Below, piece by piece: positions 50,298 through 63,570 of a stretch of 64,000 nucleotides of DNA (positions are counted from its first letter, which is position 1; each line of letters opens with the position of its first letter). The position numbers and the translations under genes are program-made. This DNA is from Octopus sinensis (Eukaryota): the NCBI RefSeq assembly GCF_006345805.1, contig NC_042999.1, positions 72,602,001-72,666,000 of the forward strand, written 5' to 3'. The notes beneath the pieces are model-generated. The model was not told where the DNA came from, searched no databases, and saw only the letters and a list, made by a program, of their open reading frames with translations.

Positions 50298-50490
50298 GAC
50301 GGGCTTCTTTACCCTCCCAGGCACAAGTCCGGCAAGGTTGTTTATGGAAGATTAGCAGTCGCCCATGCATACCGGCCTCCCCTCTCCACACCACCAGTGT
50401 TATCCAAGGGAAAGGCAAAGGGGCCGATACATCTTGGCACCTGTGACGTCGCAACTCATTTCAACAGTTGAGTGAACTGGAGAATAGATA
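50100..50490. mobile_element. Family A SINE head (+) fused to an inverted family C-related fragment (-)
   Basis: Junction gacgggcttctt|taccctcccaggcacaag near 50310. Confidence 0.65.
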
Positions 50491-50616
50491 AATGTCCAAA
50501 CCTTAACGTGATGTAAACATCATTGACAATATTCGTTTCTGTGATTTCTAAATATTTTTGGAGCCCTTACTTTCGAGATTGCCCTTATATATATATATGT
50601 ATATATATACACACAC

Positions 50617-50651
<35 letters not shown>

Positions 50652-50678
50652 GCATGTATGTATGTATGTATGTATGTA

Positions 50679-51507
50679 CGAGGGGGTACCCAAAAGAAAC
50701 CGGAATTTTACAATATTTATTCTCTTAGTTTTACACATTTACACTTTCATCGCCTTCAAAGTATCTTCCATTTGAAGCAATTCATTAGTCCAGGTGCGTT
50801 TTCCACTTTTTGAAATAGTGTTGCAACTCTTGTGAAGTGATGCCTTTTAACGCCTCCGTCGTTTTTTTCGTAACCAGTGATGACGTTCGAAAAAAAGGTC
50901 CAGATCAACTTCCATCTGTTCTTTTAGTTCACGACACGCATTCAGTCGTGACTGCTTTTGATCTTCCGTGAGCAAGTGAGAGATAAGTTTTGTTTCAACT
51001 CTTTTCATTCGCAATTCCTTGCACAAAATTCGTTGGCAAGGAGCTCCAGGACACACCAGTCATATCAACAAGTTCGTCAATTGTTTAGTGACGGTCCTCC
51101 AAAATCAATTCATGAATTTCCATAATGTTTTCATTCGTTCGGGAGGTCGACGGTCGTACTGAACGAGATTGGTCCTCAAGCGACAAGTGACCGTTCCCAA
51201 AAGCGTGGAAACCACTCGTAAACTTGTGTAAGCTGTTTGAAGCATAGCAACTGTTTCGGCCGCCGTTTTCTCCAGCAGAAAACAGAATTTCACAGAAGCA
51301 CGCTGCTCCTTCTTTTCAGCCATCGCAAAAATCGACCAACAGGGGAGAAGCACAGCAAAATAAAGATGCATCACGTGATAGTATGATCTCACCCGACGAA
51401 GCTGGTTGGCAGACTGATACCAGAGGGTTGGTTCAAGTAGTTTCTAGCAGTGGAAGCCTAAACCACAACAGGTTTGTCCCACAGAGAACATTTCCGGTTA
51501 TACCACG
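50679..51507 (-). mobile_element. Internally deleted mariner element (third family)
   Basis: TA|CGAGGGGGTACCC TIR; MAEKKEQRASVKFCFLL HTH; K..HLLTEDQK motif; catalytic region deleted. Confidence 0.8.
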
Positions 51508-51531
51508 TATATATATACGTATATATATATA

Positions 51532-52105
51532 TTGGGTTGTCCGGAAAGTTCGTGCCAATTTATAGTAGCTTACCTTTCGACTTATTTTAGAACATGGTTG
51601 AGTCCATCAAATAGGATTTGACTACACCTCCATTTAGAGCACAGTTTAAGCTATCTTTTCGTGGAAGAAGGTTTATGTTCCTATAACCTGTGTTAATTCT
51701 GTAACCCTTTAAAATGGAAGATAAGAAATTTCATTTTCGGCCCTTGATACTTTTCTTTTTCCGTAAAGGGAAAAATGCCTCACAAGCAACCAAAGAAATA
51801 TGCGCAGTTTACGGTGATGTTTCTTTATCCGAAAGAACTGTACGGAAATGGTTCGCAAGATTCCAAGCTGGAGATTGTAGCCTTATTGATAAAGAGCGAT
51901 CAGGCAGGCCATCCACTACAGATGATGACCAAATCAAATCATTAATTGAGAATAACCCACATTGCACAACTCGAGAATTGGCAGAAAGCCTCAACCTATC
52001 AAAATCCGTCGTCCATGAGCACCTGGTAAAGCTTGGGTAATGGCAAGCATTTATTGACCTTTATTTTTCCTTTAAAAATCGGCACGAACTTTCCGGACAA
52101 CCCAG
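51532..52105 (+). mobile_element. Mariner deletion derivative with both TIRs and an intact 108-aa DNA-binding (HTH) ORF (51714-52040)
   Basis: TA|TTGGGTTGTCCGGAAAGTTCGTGCC ... GGCACGAACTTTCCGGACAACCCAG|TA; ORF MEDKKFHFR...ERSGRPSTTDDD...HEHLVKLG*. Confidence 0.9.
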
Positions 52106-52451
52106 TACATATATGGATGATAAAAGTTTCAACCGTAACTGAATTTTCAAGCAGCTCAGTTCTGTCTATGTACATACATACATAATATAATCATTCGATT
52201 GCTGGCATTTATCAATGGTTTTACCCTTTGTTTTCATGCGTCATTTTCTATCATTGATAAGACTGTTGTCATCTTTGACGACACGGGTGTGCTAGTATTA
52301 TGGTATTTTATAAATAATAATATACCCACTCCGTAAACCAATAAATAAGAGTCTTTTTTTTTCTGGTCCGTGAATTTATTTTAAACAGCTGTATATATAT
52401 AATATGTGTGTGTGTATACCCACATGTATATGTACGTATATACATATACAC

Positions 52452-52509
<58 letters not shown>

Positions 52510-52575
52510 GTTTATGTACACACACACCACATATATATGTTTATGTACCACACACACACACACACACACCCACAC

Positions 52576-52613
<38 letters not shown>

Positions 52614-53171
52614 TTACCTACATACATGCAGCATACGTATTACAATAACATATATACGTATTATATTTACTTGTATAGAACACCTGAAGGCGATCGAATC
52701 ACTGAAATTTAAGCACTTTTAATTGGAACGTGTTTCAACGTTACCTAAAACTCTGTCTTAAACCACCATCCAAACCACCATCCTAAACTACTAATGCATA
52801 CATTTTCACAGAATACCTATTAACACTCACCACTATATACACTTTCTCTAAGCTTACAAAACAGGAATTCGAGTGCCATTAGAAATACCACCCGGTTTGG
52901 GATTCATTCAAGCGTCAATAGTCACTGAAACTTACTCGACAATTGTGACATTGTTTCAAATAAATTTACTGTGGTTTCATTTTTCTTTTTCTTTTAACAA
53001 TCATTCGCAGCTACTTTAGAGTAAGGCACGTAAGTGATTTTCTGTTTTCCTCAGTTTTACCTTGAAATTTAAAAAAAAAACAATGTTTTTGGGGGAGTTT
53101 TTTTCCATATAATTATTCGTTCTTCTAGCCAAGTATTTCATAATAATCCTTTTTCTTTTTTCACTGTAAGC

Positions 53172-54190
53172 ACAAGGCCTGAAATTTATTGGGAGGGGTC
53201 TACTTGATTACATCAACCCCAGTGCTCAACTGGTACTTATTTTAACAACCCCAAAAACGATAAAAGGCAAAGTCGACCTCGGTGAAATTTGAACTCAGAA
53301 CGTAAAGACGCACGAAATGCCGCTAAGCATTTTGTCTGATACGCTAACTATCCTGCCAGCTCACCGTCTTACTGCTAATAATAATAATATTGGTTTCAAA
53401 TTTTGGCACAAGGCCAGTAATTTCGGGGGAGTGAGCAAGTCGATTACATAGACCCCAGTACTCAACTTATTTTTTCGACCCCGAAAGGAAAGGATGGAAA
53501 GCAAAGTCGACCTCGACATAATTTGAACTCACAACGTAAACACAGACGAACTGCTGCTGAGCGGCGTTTTGCCCGGTATGCTAACGATTCTGCCAGCTTG
53601 TTGCCTTAATAATAATAATAATAATAATAATAATTGGAAGCTATGCCAACATTATGGAATAACAACAGAAAAAAGATGGTATAGGCACACACCAGAAAAG
53701 GTCACAGAAAACGAGAAAGCAACCATACTCTGGGATATGCCGATACACACAGATAGAGAAATTAAGACCAACAGACCAGATATAGTTGTCAGAGACCATG
53801 AAGAAAAAAAATGCTTTCTAATTGATGTATCAGTACCGGCAGATGACAACGTGTCTCTAAAAGAAATGGAGAAACTCTCAAAATACAAAGACCTGGAAAT
53901 AGAGGTAACTAGAATGTGGAATCTGAAAACAGAAACAATTCCTATCATAGTAGGTGCATTAGGCATGATAAAAAAATATTCAGACAAATACATAACAAAA
54001 ACACCAGGACTTACAAACACATATAACATACAGAAATTGGCACTACTAGGCACTGCACACATCCTACGCAGAACACTTTCCATACAATAACCATCAGAGC
54101 TTCACAACAAATCACAGCACATACCCAAGGCACACAGAGCTGCGCTCGGTAGTGAAGTGAAAGCACGCTATAAAAATAAAAATAAAACTA

Positions 54191-54245
<55 letters not shown>

Positions 54246-54455
54246 GTTTCAAATTTTTCCACAAGGGCAGCAATCTTGGGGGAGGGGATGAGTCGATTAC
54301 ATCGAATCAGTCTTCAACTGGTACTTATTTTATTGAACTCGAAAGGATGAAAGGCAAGGTTGACCTCGGCGGAATTTGAACTCAGAACGGAGCGGCAGAC
54401 GAAATGCCGCAAAGCATTTTGTCCGGCGAACTAACGACTCTGCCAGCTTGTCGCC

Positions 54456-54458
<3 letters not shown>
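53172..54458 (-). mobile_element. Three tandem family B SINEs (53172-53372, 53390-53608, 54244-54458) separated by (AAT)n tracts
   Basis: Each shows the reverse-complement family B head and core. Confidence 0.75.
53635..54243 (+). mobile_element. R4/Dong-clade non-LTR element 3' end (RLE domain, 3'UTR, (AAT)n tail)
   Basis: Stop-free WKLC..WYRH.PE.V.EN..ATILWDMPIHTDR..NRPDIVV..LIDVSVP..EKLSKYKDL..PIIVGALG; flanked by (AAT)n on both sides. Confidence 0.9.
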
Positions 54459-54539
<81 letters not shown>

Positions 54540-55220
54540 TTTGTTTTCCTTGTTTTCATAGTGATTGCTATGGTAACTTTATATCCATCGGATATTTCAC
54601 TTGAAGTTTGCAATGGAATAAAAGAATTAAAAAAGAACATTAAACTGTAGATATAAACCAGTGTCGAACTGCACAATACGTACAGAAAAAGGAAGGATTA
54701 CGGGTAAGTAAACATACTTATTTTCTCTTTACACAATCAACGACCGAGTAGTGCTACCAGTCTGATCCATGACTGTTTCACTTTATCGGTGAATATTTCA
54801 GTCGTGTATGCGCTTCTCAGATCATATCTATTCAAAACAATGCCTCTTTACCAAGTACATATTTTTTTTTTCTCTCGCTTATTTTGTCACTATTCTGATC
54901 GATTTCATAGTGATAACGAGAACCAAAAAAATATTTGGTCCAAACACTAATAGAAAGAAATTCACGCATCGTATACAGATATGAGCATGACTTCGTACAT
55001 TTGTGTCTATTTAGCACAATACTAAATTACACTCACTTGCATACAAACATACATACATACATACATACATACATACATACATACACACAGGCTGATATAC
55101 GTATATACATGTATATACATTCTTACATACAGAGAGAGAGAGAAGAGAGAGAGGAGAGAGAGACACACACACACACATACACACACACAAACGGACGGAC
55201 CGACAGTCAGGCAGGCAGGC

Positions 55221-55251
<31 letters not shown>

Positions 55252-55278
55252 TAGACAGACAGACAGACAGATAGATAG

Positions 55279-55310
<32 letters not shown>

Positions 55311-55720
55311 TCTTTTACTCTTTTACTTGTTTCAGTCATTTGACTGTGGCCATGCTGGAGCACCGCCTTTAGTCGAGCAAATCGACCCCAGGACTTATTC
55401 TTTGTAAGCCTAGTACTTAATATATCAGTCTCTTTTGCCGAACCGCTAAGTTACGGGGACGTAAACACACCAGCATCGGTCGTCAAGCGATGTTGGGGGG
55501 GGGGGACAAACACAGACACACAAACATATACATACATACATATATATACATATATACGACGGGCTTCTTTCAGTTTCCGTCTACCAAATCCACTCACAAG
55601 ACTTTGGTCGGCCTGTGGCTATAGTAGAAGATATTTGCCCAAGGCGCCACGCAGTGGGAATGAACCCGGAGCCATGTGGTTGGTAAGCAAGATTCTTACC
55701 ACACAGCCACTCCTACGCCT

Positions 55721-55721
<1 letters not shown>
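55311..55721 (-). mobile_element. Family A SINE, near full length
   Basis: Head aggcgtaggagtggctgtgtggtaag with tRNA-like box B, central (TA/CA)n, tail gactgaaacaagtaaaaga. Confidence 0.85.
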
Positions 55722-55815
<94 letters not shown>

Positions 55816-56214
55816 TGTCTTTAATATGCCTCCGGTGCTGGGTCTCTGGTTCAGAAGTTCCAGGAGTTTTGAGAAGTGTGGTACCACCTCTTGGCCATTA
55901 GCATTCCTAGGTCTACACCAACCCAGAGTAGTGACAACCGTTAAGGTCCCAGTTATGGGTTAACTAACATACAAGCACCGGAACGTAGAAATATTCTGGT
56001 TGGTGTCCGAATGCGCAGTAAGCTTCTAGGAGAAAGCCAACTCATGTATAAAATCCGCTGCTTCACTTAGCCGGATATTTTGCACCTAGCTTGTTCCTGG
56101 GTCCCCTGGAATTGCCAGTGAGAGGTGTCGTAGTGTTGTGCAAGCGGCCCACGAGTATTGATTGCTGACACTACCCGATCATGTTCGTCTAGCGAGTAGA
56201 CAGCCATCAACACA

Positions 56215-56268
<54 letters not shown>

Positions 56269-56601
56269 ACACACACTGGGGTGGGGAGCAACAAGTAAGG
56301 TAAATTTAAGTTTAGCAAAATTTTCGTACATTTATTACGTAGAACAGGATACGAATTCCCGACTATCTCTACACGTTGGGACTCGTATTATAAACTTGTA
56401 ATCCTTATATACAGACATGCACACTCACACATATATCAAGAGGGAGAGATAATAAATAATTACACACATGCATACATACTTATATGAAAAAGATATATAT
56501 GCGCAGGAGTGGCTTGTAAGTAGCTTGTTTACCAACCACATGGTTCCGGGTTCAGTCCCACTGCGTGATACCTTGGGCAAGTGTCTTCTACTATAGCCTC
56601 G

Positions 56602-57335
56602 GGATCTTTTCAATTTGATGGCCAGATTTTTTAATTAACATTTTTTAACTAAACACTTTGAAACTTCGGATACTGGTAGAATATGTCACATAGAACAGTG
56701 TTTACTCGTAGCGTTTTTGGCACAATTTTGTATTTTAGAAGTTATTTACTAGTGCAAGAACAAAAATTTAATGTAAGAATTACCACTTTGTTTACATTAC
56801 CACCATATATGTATCAATTATTTTCGCATCCTAACCGATGCATCTATCTGTATTCGCACTCTGAACAGATTTACTTAAACCAGTAAATCGAAACGATCGT
56901 AAATGCCACCCTCACCTCTGCTTCTTCCTTACCACGAATTTCCCATTGTTATTTTATCTATTTTCTTCTCATAGATATATATGTTGACAAATATTTCGGT
57001 TACAAAATTAACTGATCACAACGTTTTCCTTCCTCCAGTTGTACAGGGATTATGTGCCGCCAACCATTTAAGTCTGACAAGTCGCTTATACGACTAAGCG
57101 ATTTAGAGGTGCTAAACCAATGGTCACTCTCTGACCGGCCATCACAAGAGCAACTTATTTATACTATTGTTCTAATATTTTAGAGTATTCATTCTTTTTT
57201 CTCGGATATATGAATCACTGATCGATATGTATATATATATATCGGTTAGGATGCGAAAATAATTGATACATATGTGGTGATAATGTAAACAAAGTGGTAA
57301 TTCTTACATTAAATTTTTGTTCTTGCACTGGTAAA
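56602..57335. mobile_element. Second GGATC-terminated fold-back family member, inserted into a family A SINE head; right terminus missing
   Basis: Terminus ggatcttt...aactaaacactttgaaacttcggatactggtagaat resembles 42465; internal IR arms at 56746-56839 and 57241-57334. Confidence 0.7.
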
Positions 57336-57375
57336 GACGCTGAGTAGAGGTTTGCTTGCAGTAGATATATATATA

Positions 57376-57768
57376 TCTTTACTTCTTTTATTCTTTTACT
57401 TGCTTCAGTCATATGACTGTAGCCATGCTGGAGCATTGCCTTTAGTCGAACAAATCGATCCCAGGACTTATTCTTTGTAAGCCTAGTACTTATTCTATCA
57501 GTCACGTTTTGCCGAACCGCTAAGTTACGGGGGATGTAAACACACCAACACCGATTGTCAAGCGATGGTGGTGGGACAAACACAGACACACAAACATACA
57601 CACGCGCGCGCGCACACGTGTGTATATATATATATATATATATATACACCACAGATTTCTTTCAGTTTCTTTCTACCAAATCCACTCACAAGCTTAGGTC
57701 GGCCCGACGTTATAGTAGAAGACACTTGCCTAAGTGCCACGCAATGGGACTGAGCCCGGAACCATGTG
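57376..57768 (-). mobile_element. Family A SINE, nearly full length
   Basis: Collinear with 55311-55721. Confidence 0.8.
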
Positions 57769-57813
<45 letters not shown>

Positions 57814-58159
57814 CACATACATATATATATTATATATGTCTAAATATAAGTATACTTATGCAGATATATATATATATATACATACTAATTCTTAAGCACA
57901 CACGTACATATGTATGTGTAAGCCTGTATGTGTGTGTATGTGTATGTATAGGTAGATACGCATTTTGTGTGTGCGCGTGTGTGTGTGTATTAAATAAATA
58001 TCTCTCACTAAACTTTCTTAAATTCTCAAATTACAGACAAATGTATATACCATTACATGCATCTATTCAATATATATACATATATATATATTATATATAT
58101 ATATATCTATATATATAAACTCAAATATGTATTGCATAAGTACATAATACATGCATATA

Positions 58160-58259
58160 NNNNNNNNNNNNNNNNNNNNNNNNNNNNNNNNNNNNNNNNN
58201 NNNNNNNNNNNNNNNNNNNNNNNNNNNNNNNNNNNNNNNNNNNNNNNNNNNNNNNNNNN
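58160..58259. other. Assembly gap (100 N)
   Basis: Direct reading. Confidence 1.
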
Positions 58260-59465
58260 GTGAAAAACTTAATTATTGAACAGTGGAAAGCAGGTAAAAG
58301 TTACAGGAAAATATCAGAGACCCTTTGTATTCCATTTTCTACCATATCTTCATTTATTCAAAGATATAAAAAAAATCGGGAACTGTTCAAAACAGAATAA
58401 GATCCGTGCACCACGCAAGATTTCCCCTAGATCTTTAAGAAAAATGAAGCGCAGAATTGGAAAAAACGCAATGATCACCAGGAAGGAGTTGCAAGAAGAT
58501 TTGTTAGCTTCAGGGACTAGTGTTACACTATGAACAATCAGCAATGAACTTCATAGGAATGAACTGAAATCACGCTCTCCTAGAAAAACTCCGCTGTTGA
58601 CTAAAAGGCATAGAGATGCCTGTTTAAAATTTGTTTATGAACATAAAGATAAATCTGATACATTCTGGGGAAATGTTCTATGGACAGACGAGTCGACAAT
58701 TGAATTGTTTGGAGCCATGTTCGGAGGAAAGATGGCACCGCCTATTCGTCGAAAAACACAATTCCTACCGTAAAGTTTGGAGGTGGCAACATCATAGTGT
58801 GGGGATGTTTCTCTGCAAATAGTACTGGCAATTTACATGTGATAGATGGTAGAATGAATGCAAAGATGTACCAAAATATTTTGAACAATGATTTATGGGA
58901 CTCTGTAGAAAAGCGCCAGCTTTGTGAAGGGTGGGCTTTACAACAGGATAACGATCCTAAGCACACGGCAAAGTCTACCAAAAAATGGATTGTCGATCAC
59001 AATATAAAATTATTAGAATGGCCAAGCCAGTCACCTGACTTGAGTCCCATTGAAAATTTGTGGCATTATTTGAAAATTAAAATTCATTCAAGAGCCCCAA
59101 TGTGCATTGCAGATTTGAAGAAAATTTGTCAAGCTGAATAGGAAAAAATTCCTAAAGAAACATGCGAGTCAGTAATTAAGCACTACAAGAAGAGATTGGT
59201 TGAAGTGGAACTGAATAATGGTTATGCTACGAAGTATTACATCAGAATTATTAGTTATTTATGTTCTGTACGAATACTTTTTTCACCCCTAAATATTTAT
59301 AATTGAATATAAATTCTTTATTTACTATAAATTTATAAGTTTCTTTTGCATATTCTAGTTTATGCATGTGTATGCAAATATAGTATGGTAATTCCCATTT
59401 ATGTCATTAGAAATTAAAATAAATAAAGAATTTTGACGTGTAGGAATATTTATTTCCCTCCACTG
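58260..59465 (+). mobile_element. Tc1 (DD34E) transposon, decayed; left end lost in the gap
   Basis: VLWTDES, GGGNIIVWGCFS, QQDNDPKHT, WPSQSPDLSPIENLW; right TIR ...tttccctccactg|TA with inner repeat cgaatacttttttcaccc. Confidence 0.95.
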
Positions 59466-59530
59466 TACATATATTATATTATATAACACAACATATATAT
59501 TATATATAATATATATATATTATATATATA

Positions 59531-59570
<40 letters not shown>

Positions 59571-59944
59571 TGTATGTATGTATATATATATAATTTTACA
59601 TGAACTAAATATTCTCCTATCTTTTACTTGTTTTAGTCATTAGATTGTAGCCATGCTGGATCTCACTGCCTTGAAGGGTTTAATCGAGCAAATCGACTCC
59701 AGCATTTATCTTTTAAGCCTGGAAGTTTTGTCGAACCGTTAAGTTACGGAGACGTAAACAAACCAACTCTGGTTGTCAAGCGGTGGTGAGGGACAAACAT
59801 AAACATAAATATAACCTCCCGTATATATATTATATATATATGTGTGTGTGTGTGTATATGTATATATATGTACATGTTTAAATAAATATATACATATATA
59901 TGTGAATATGTATATATATACATATATTAAAGAGAGAGACATAC

Positions 59945-59981
<37 letters not shown>

Positions 59982-60136
59982 TATAATTATCTATATATAT
60001 ATATGTAATATATACATATATATGGATATATATATGTATTATGTTATCTATATATATATATATATTATATATATATCATATACATATACATATGCATTAT
60101 ATATATACATATTATATAAATAATATATTATATATA

Positions 60137-60194
<58 letters not shown>

Positions 60195-60197
<3 letters not shown>

Positions 60198-60389
60198 CAA
60201 ATTTACAGAAACAAAAGACAACAGCAGGTAAGGGAACACAAGCGTGTCAGTTTGACGCTCGGGAGAATCGAAAAGTCTTTGACGCTTCGAGCCTACGCTC
60301 TTCGAAAGAAAAAGTTCAGTGGAAAAAATGAGAGCGAGCGCAAAAGTAAACGGAAGGAAAACTAATAAAAGGGATTAACAGTTTAACGT

Positions 60390-60395
<6 letters not shown>
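60195..60395 (-). mobile_element. Penelope-type terminal-repeat remnant with hammerhead relic (60275-60310)
   Basis: cttt-CGAAGA-gc gtag gc..-GAAGCGTC-aaag: stems present, core degenerate. Confidence 0.45.
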
Positions 60396-60467
<72 letters not shown>

Positions 60468-60909
60468 CACACACACACACGCACACACGTACACACACGT
60501 ACAAACACACACACACGCACAACAGGCTCCTTTCAGTTTCCGTCTGCCAAATTCATTCACAAGGCTTTGAGCAGCCCGAGACTATAACAGAGAACACTTG
60601 CCCAACGTACCACGCAATGTACATATATAAATTACATGGAAAAATGCGAACATGAAGAGTAATATTCTTAAGATTATAAACCTACAAAAGTACAGGACAA
60701 GTTATTACACCTGTAAATGTATAGGACAAGCTATTGCTTCTAGTAAAGAATAAGAAACTTTTTACTTAAAATATTGCAGCAAAGAATGCCAGTTCTTATA
60801 ATTTATCACTCTTTACAGTTCTCATCTTTTAAATTTATTTCACCTAATTTGTAAGTTTGTGTAATTAATCACTTTTTTCTTTATTTAAGGTAGTGAATTA
60901 GTTCAATTA

Positions 60910-61340
60910 TCTTTATATATATAAAACTGAGAATGTGTGTCTGTCTGTGTGTTTCCCTAAAACTTGAGAACTACTTTTTGCCTAGGGCGAGCCCACAGCA
61001 ATATCATATCTTCTCCACTACGATTCCCTAAAACTTGAGAACTACGCAACCAATTTCTTTCAAATTTTACACATGCCTTACTTAGGGTCCATGTAGTTTC
61101 ATAGGCAAAAAAAATGTTCAACTTCTTGCCTAGAGCGAGCCCCATAGCAATATCATATCTTCTCCACTACGATTCCCTATAAAACTTGAGAACTACGCAA
61201 CCAATTTCTTTCAAATTTACACATGCCTTACTTAGGGTCCATGTAGTTTCATAGGCAAAAAAAAATGTTCAACTTCTTGCCTAGAGCGAGCCCATAGCAA
61301 TCTCATATCTTCTCCACTATTCCAGTATTACTTGTTAAAA
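60910..61340 (+). mobile_element. Non-autonomous Helitron/Helentron-like element with internal ~149-bp tandem units
   Basis: 5' TCTTTATATATATAAAACTGAGAATG and a GTCT microsatellite; units start at 60953 (short), 61024 and 61173. Confidence 0.65.
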
Positions 61341-62513
61341 GTGAAAGAAAAACATTTCTCTATTTTATTTCAGATACTTTCACTTATGTGACACATTGTA
61401 CCAGTATAGGAAGTTTCAAGGTGTTTAGTTTTTAAAAAAATAATTAAATAATCTGTACGTCAAATTGAATAGACCCGAAATGGATAAAAAGCAAAGTCGA
61501 CCTGTAAACGCAGGCGAAGTACCATTAAGAATTTCGCGCGACACGCTAACGTTTCTGCCAGCTTGCCGCCTTATGAAGAAGGCATTCATTTTAGCAATAT
61601 ATTCTTTATTCTTATTCGTTTATTGCTAAGCCTTACTTCCTTACTCTCTTACTTACTGACACGACATTTCTTGGCATTTCACCCCATAACTTTTCATCTA
61701 CTAATTTTTGTTCAATGCGACAAACGATTCTGAATTCCTCATACATTTTTCTATCATTTAAGCCTAAGAAAGTTATACTTTTATTTTAAAATTAAAAAGT
61801 TTATGTTAATTGAAGGTGAATAGGTGCCTTACTGCCCCTCTTGAGATCGCAGATATTTTGATGTAACTTTTTTTCTACTGAACCAAATCTCAAACTATTT
61901 ATGCCAAAGTGTAGCTGAAGAGGTGTCCTCTTTAACAGTTGAGAACTGAATTAGTGGTGAAGCTTGGAAACTGCTGCAATTGACGAAATGGTGAGCTTAA
62001 GAATATATTCAACCACTAACCACTACCGTGGTTGAATGAAACATGATGATGGCTTTCCACTCGTAACCTAATAAAACCATTGCTGACTATTAAGAACATT
62101 GTACACTCACATAAAACTAAACTTTACACTTGTGGCCCTGCTGGTGACTAATGATCCCAGCTCTTGACAAACATATACGTACATAGGTATTGGTGACCTT
62201 CACTTCATATCAAAAGTTGACAGTCTACTCCGAGTTTCGCACACAGTTGTTCCCAGTTTGTACTGTGTAATGCGATACTCAAAACAGACAGTCAGCCTAT
62301 GGTGTTGTGCATCTATTTATAACATTCTATTCACTATATTATGTTCTATATCAGATAATATCTGCACCATGTAAAAATATGTTTATGTACTTTACAATTC
62401 ATACGTTATGTATATATTTATATATATATATGTAAGCATGTACGTATGTATATATATGTATATTCATATATCATGCATACACAAAAACAGGACTATTTAA
62501 ACTGTATATTTAT

Positions 62514-62577
<64 letters not shown>

Positions 62578-62796
62578 TCATTCAGTACATTCATACAGGC
62601 ATATATACATACATAATACATAATGCATACATACATACATATTATATATATTTCAAAAATGAGTATATGTACGTGTTTATGGCATATGCATGTATATATG
62701 ATGTTGATATGATACTTATGTAAATGCACATACACACAGTTACACACATATTTGTGTATGTGCACGCGTGCGTGTGTGTGTGTGTGTGTGTGTGTG

Positions 62797-62839
<43 letters not shown>

Positions 62840-63281
62840 TGTGTGTCTGTGATAAAGGCACGTTAACAATCCTTGTGCGTGAGTATTAAGTAACAGGCTA
62901 CTTTGATGACACGCAACTCTCTTGCTTTGTCTTTGTCAGAATATCTCGTTACGGTCTCAACAGAAGAAAAAAAATTAGAACAACGAACGTCGAATGTGTG
63001 AATCCCAGTTACACTTTCTTATCACAAGTGGAGGTGGGGAGCAAGTGATAAGTAGGGAGAGACGGAACCAGCTCAACTTTTAATCTGCAGCGTTTGTTAG
63101 TTAGTTAATGCTACTTTGCATTCTGCATCAATCTTATAGCATAAAAATTACTGTTAGCGCCCCCCACCACATACACACATACTGACAGAAAAATATTCAC
63201 TTCAAAGAAATGAACAAGCCAAGTATGAACCAATGTTGGATCTTATAGAGGATAACAGCGCTAAGCAGTAGTGTGTATAAA

Positions 63282-63570
63282 TACAAACTTAACAATTTAG
63301 ATACGCTTGAGACTTATTCGAATCGGTAAGAAAGCTATTCACTGTGTTTTGACATGGAGAAAATTTCTTTGGTGTCTTTGGCTGAAGAGGAGATAATCAC
63401 TCCGAAATGCATGCATCCCACTGTTCAGTCGCGTGACGCCTCGAACTGATTCGGTGTATTTACACTAATTTGTCAACAGCGAGAAATGTTCTCCTTGACA
63501 AAACAGTGAATGGCCCTCTTACGGGTTCGAATATGCTTCAAGCATATTTGAACTGATAACAAGTTTGTAA
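63282..63570. repeat. Diverged ~88-bp inverted repeat enclosing a hammerhead ribozyme
   Basis: Arms 63282-63368 and 63482-63570 align by eye (tacaaactt...gcttga...tattcgaa...gtaaga...attcactg...ttttg...ggagaa..tttct). Confidence 0.75.
63379..63420 (+). ncRNA. Minimal type I hammerhead ribozyme with intact catalytic core
   Basis: tgg-CTGAAGA-ggag ataatca ctcc-GAAA-tgcatgca-TC-cca: all core residues present, 4-bp helix II, palindromic helix III, AUC cleavage triplet (cut after 63417), 3-bp helix I. Confidence 0.7.

Noticed and set aside
54565-54709. Plus-strand segment with a strong acceptor and donor
   Set aside because: Stops in all three frames; at most a non-coding exon, unsupported.
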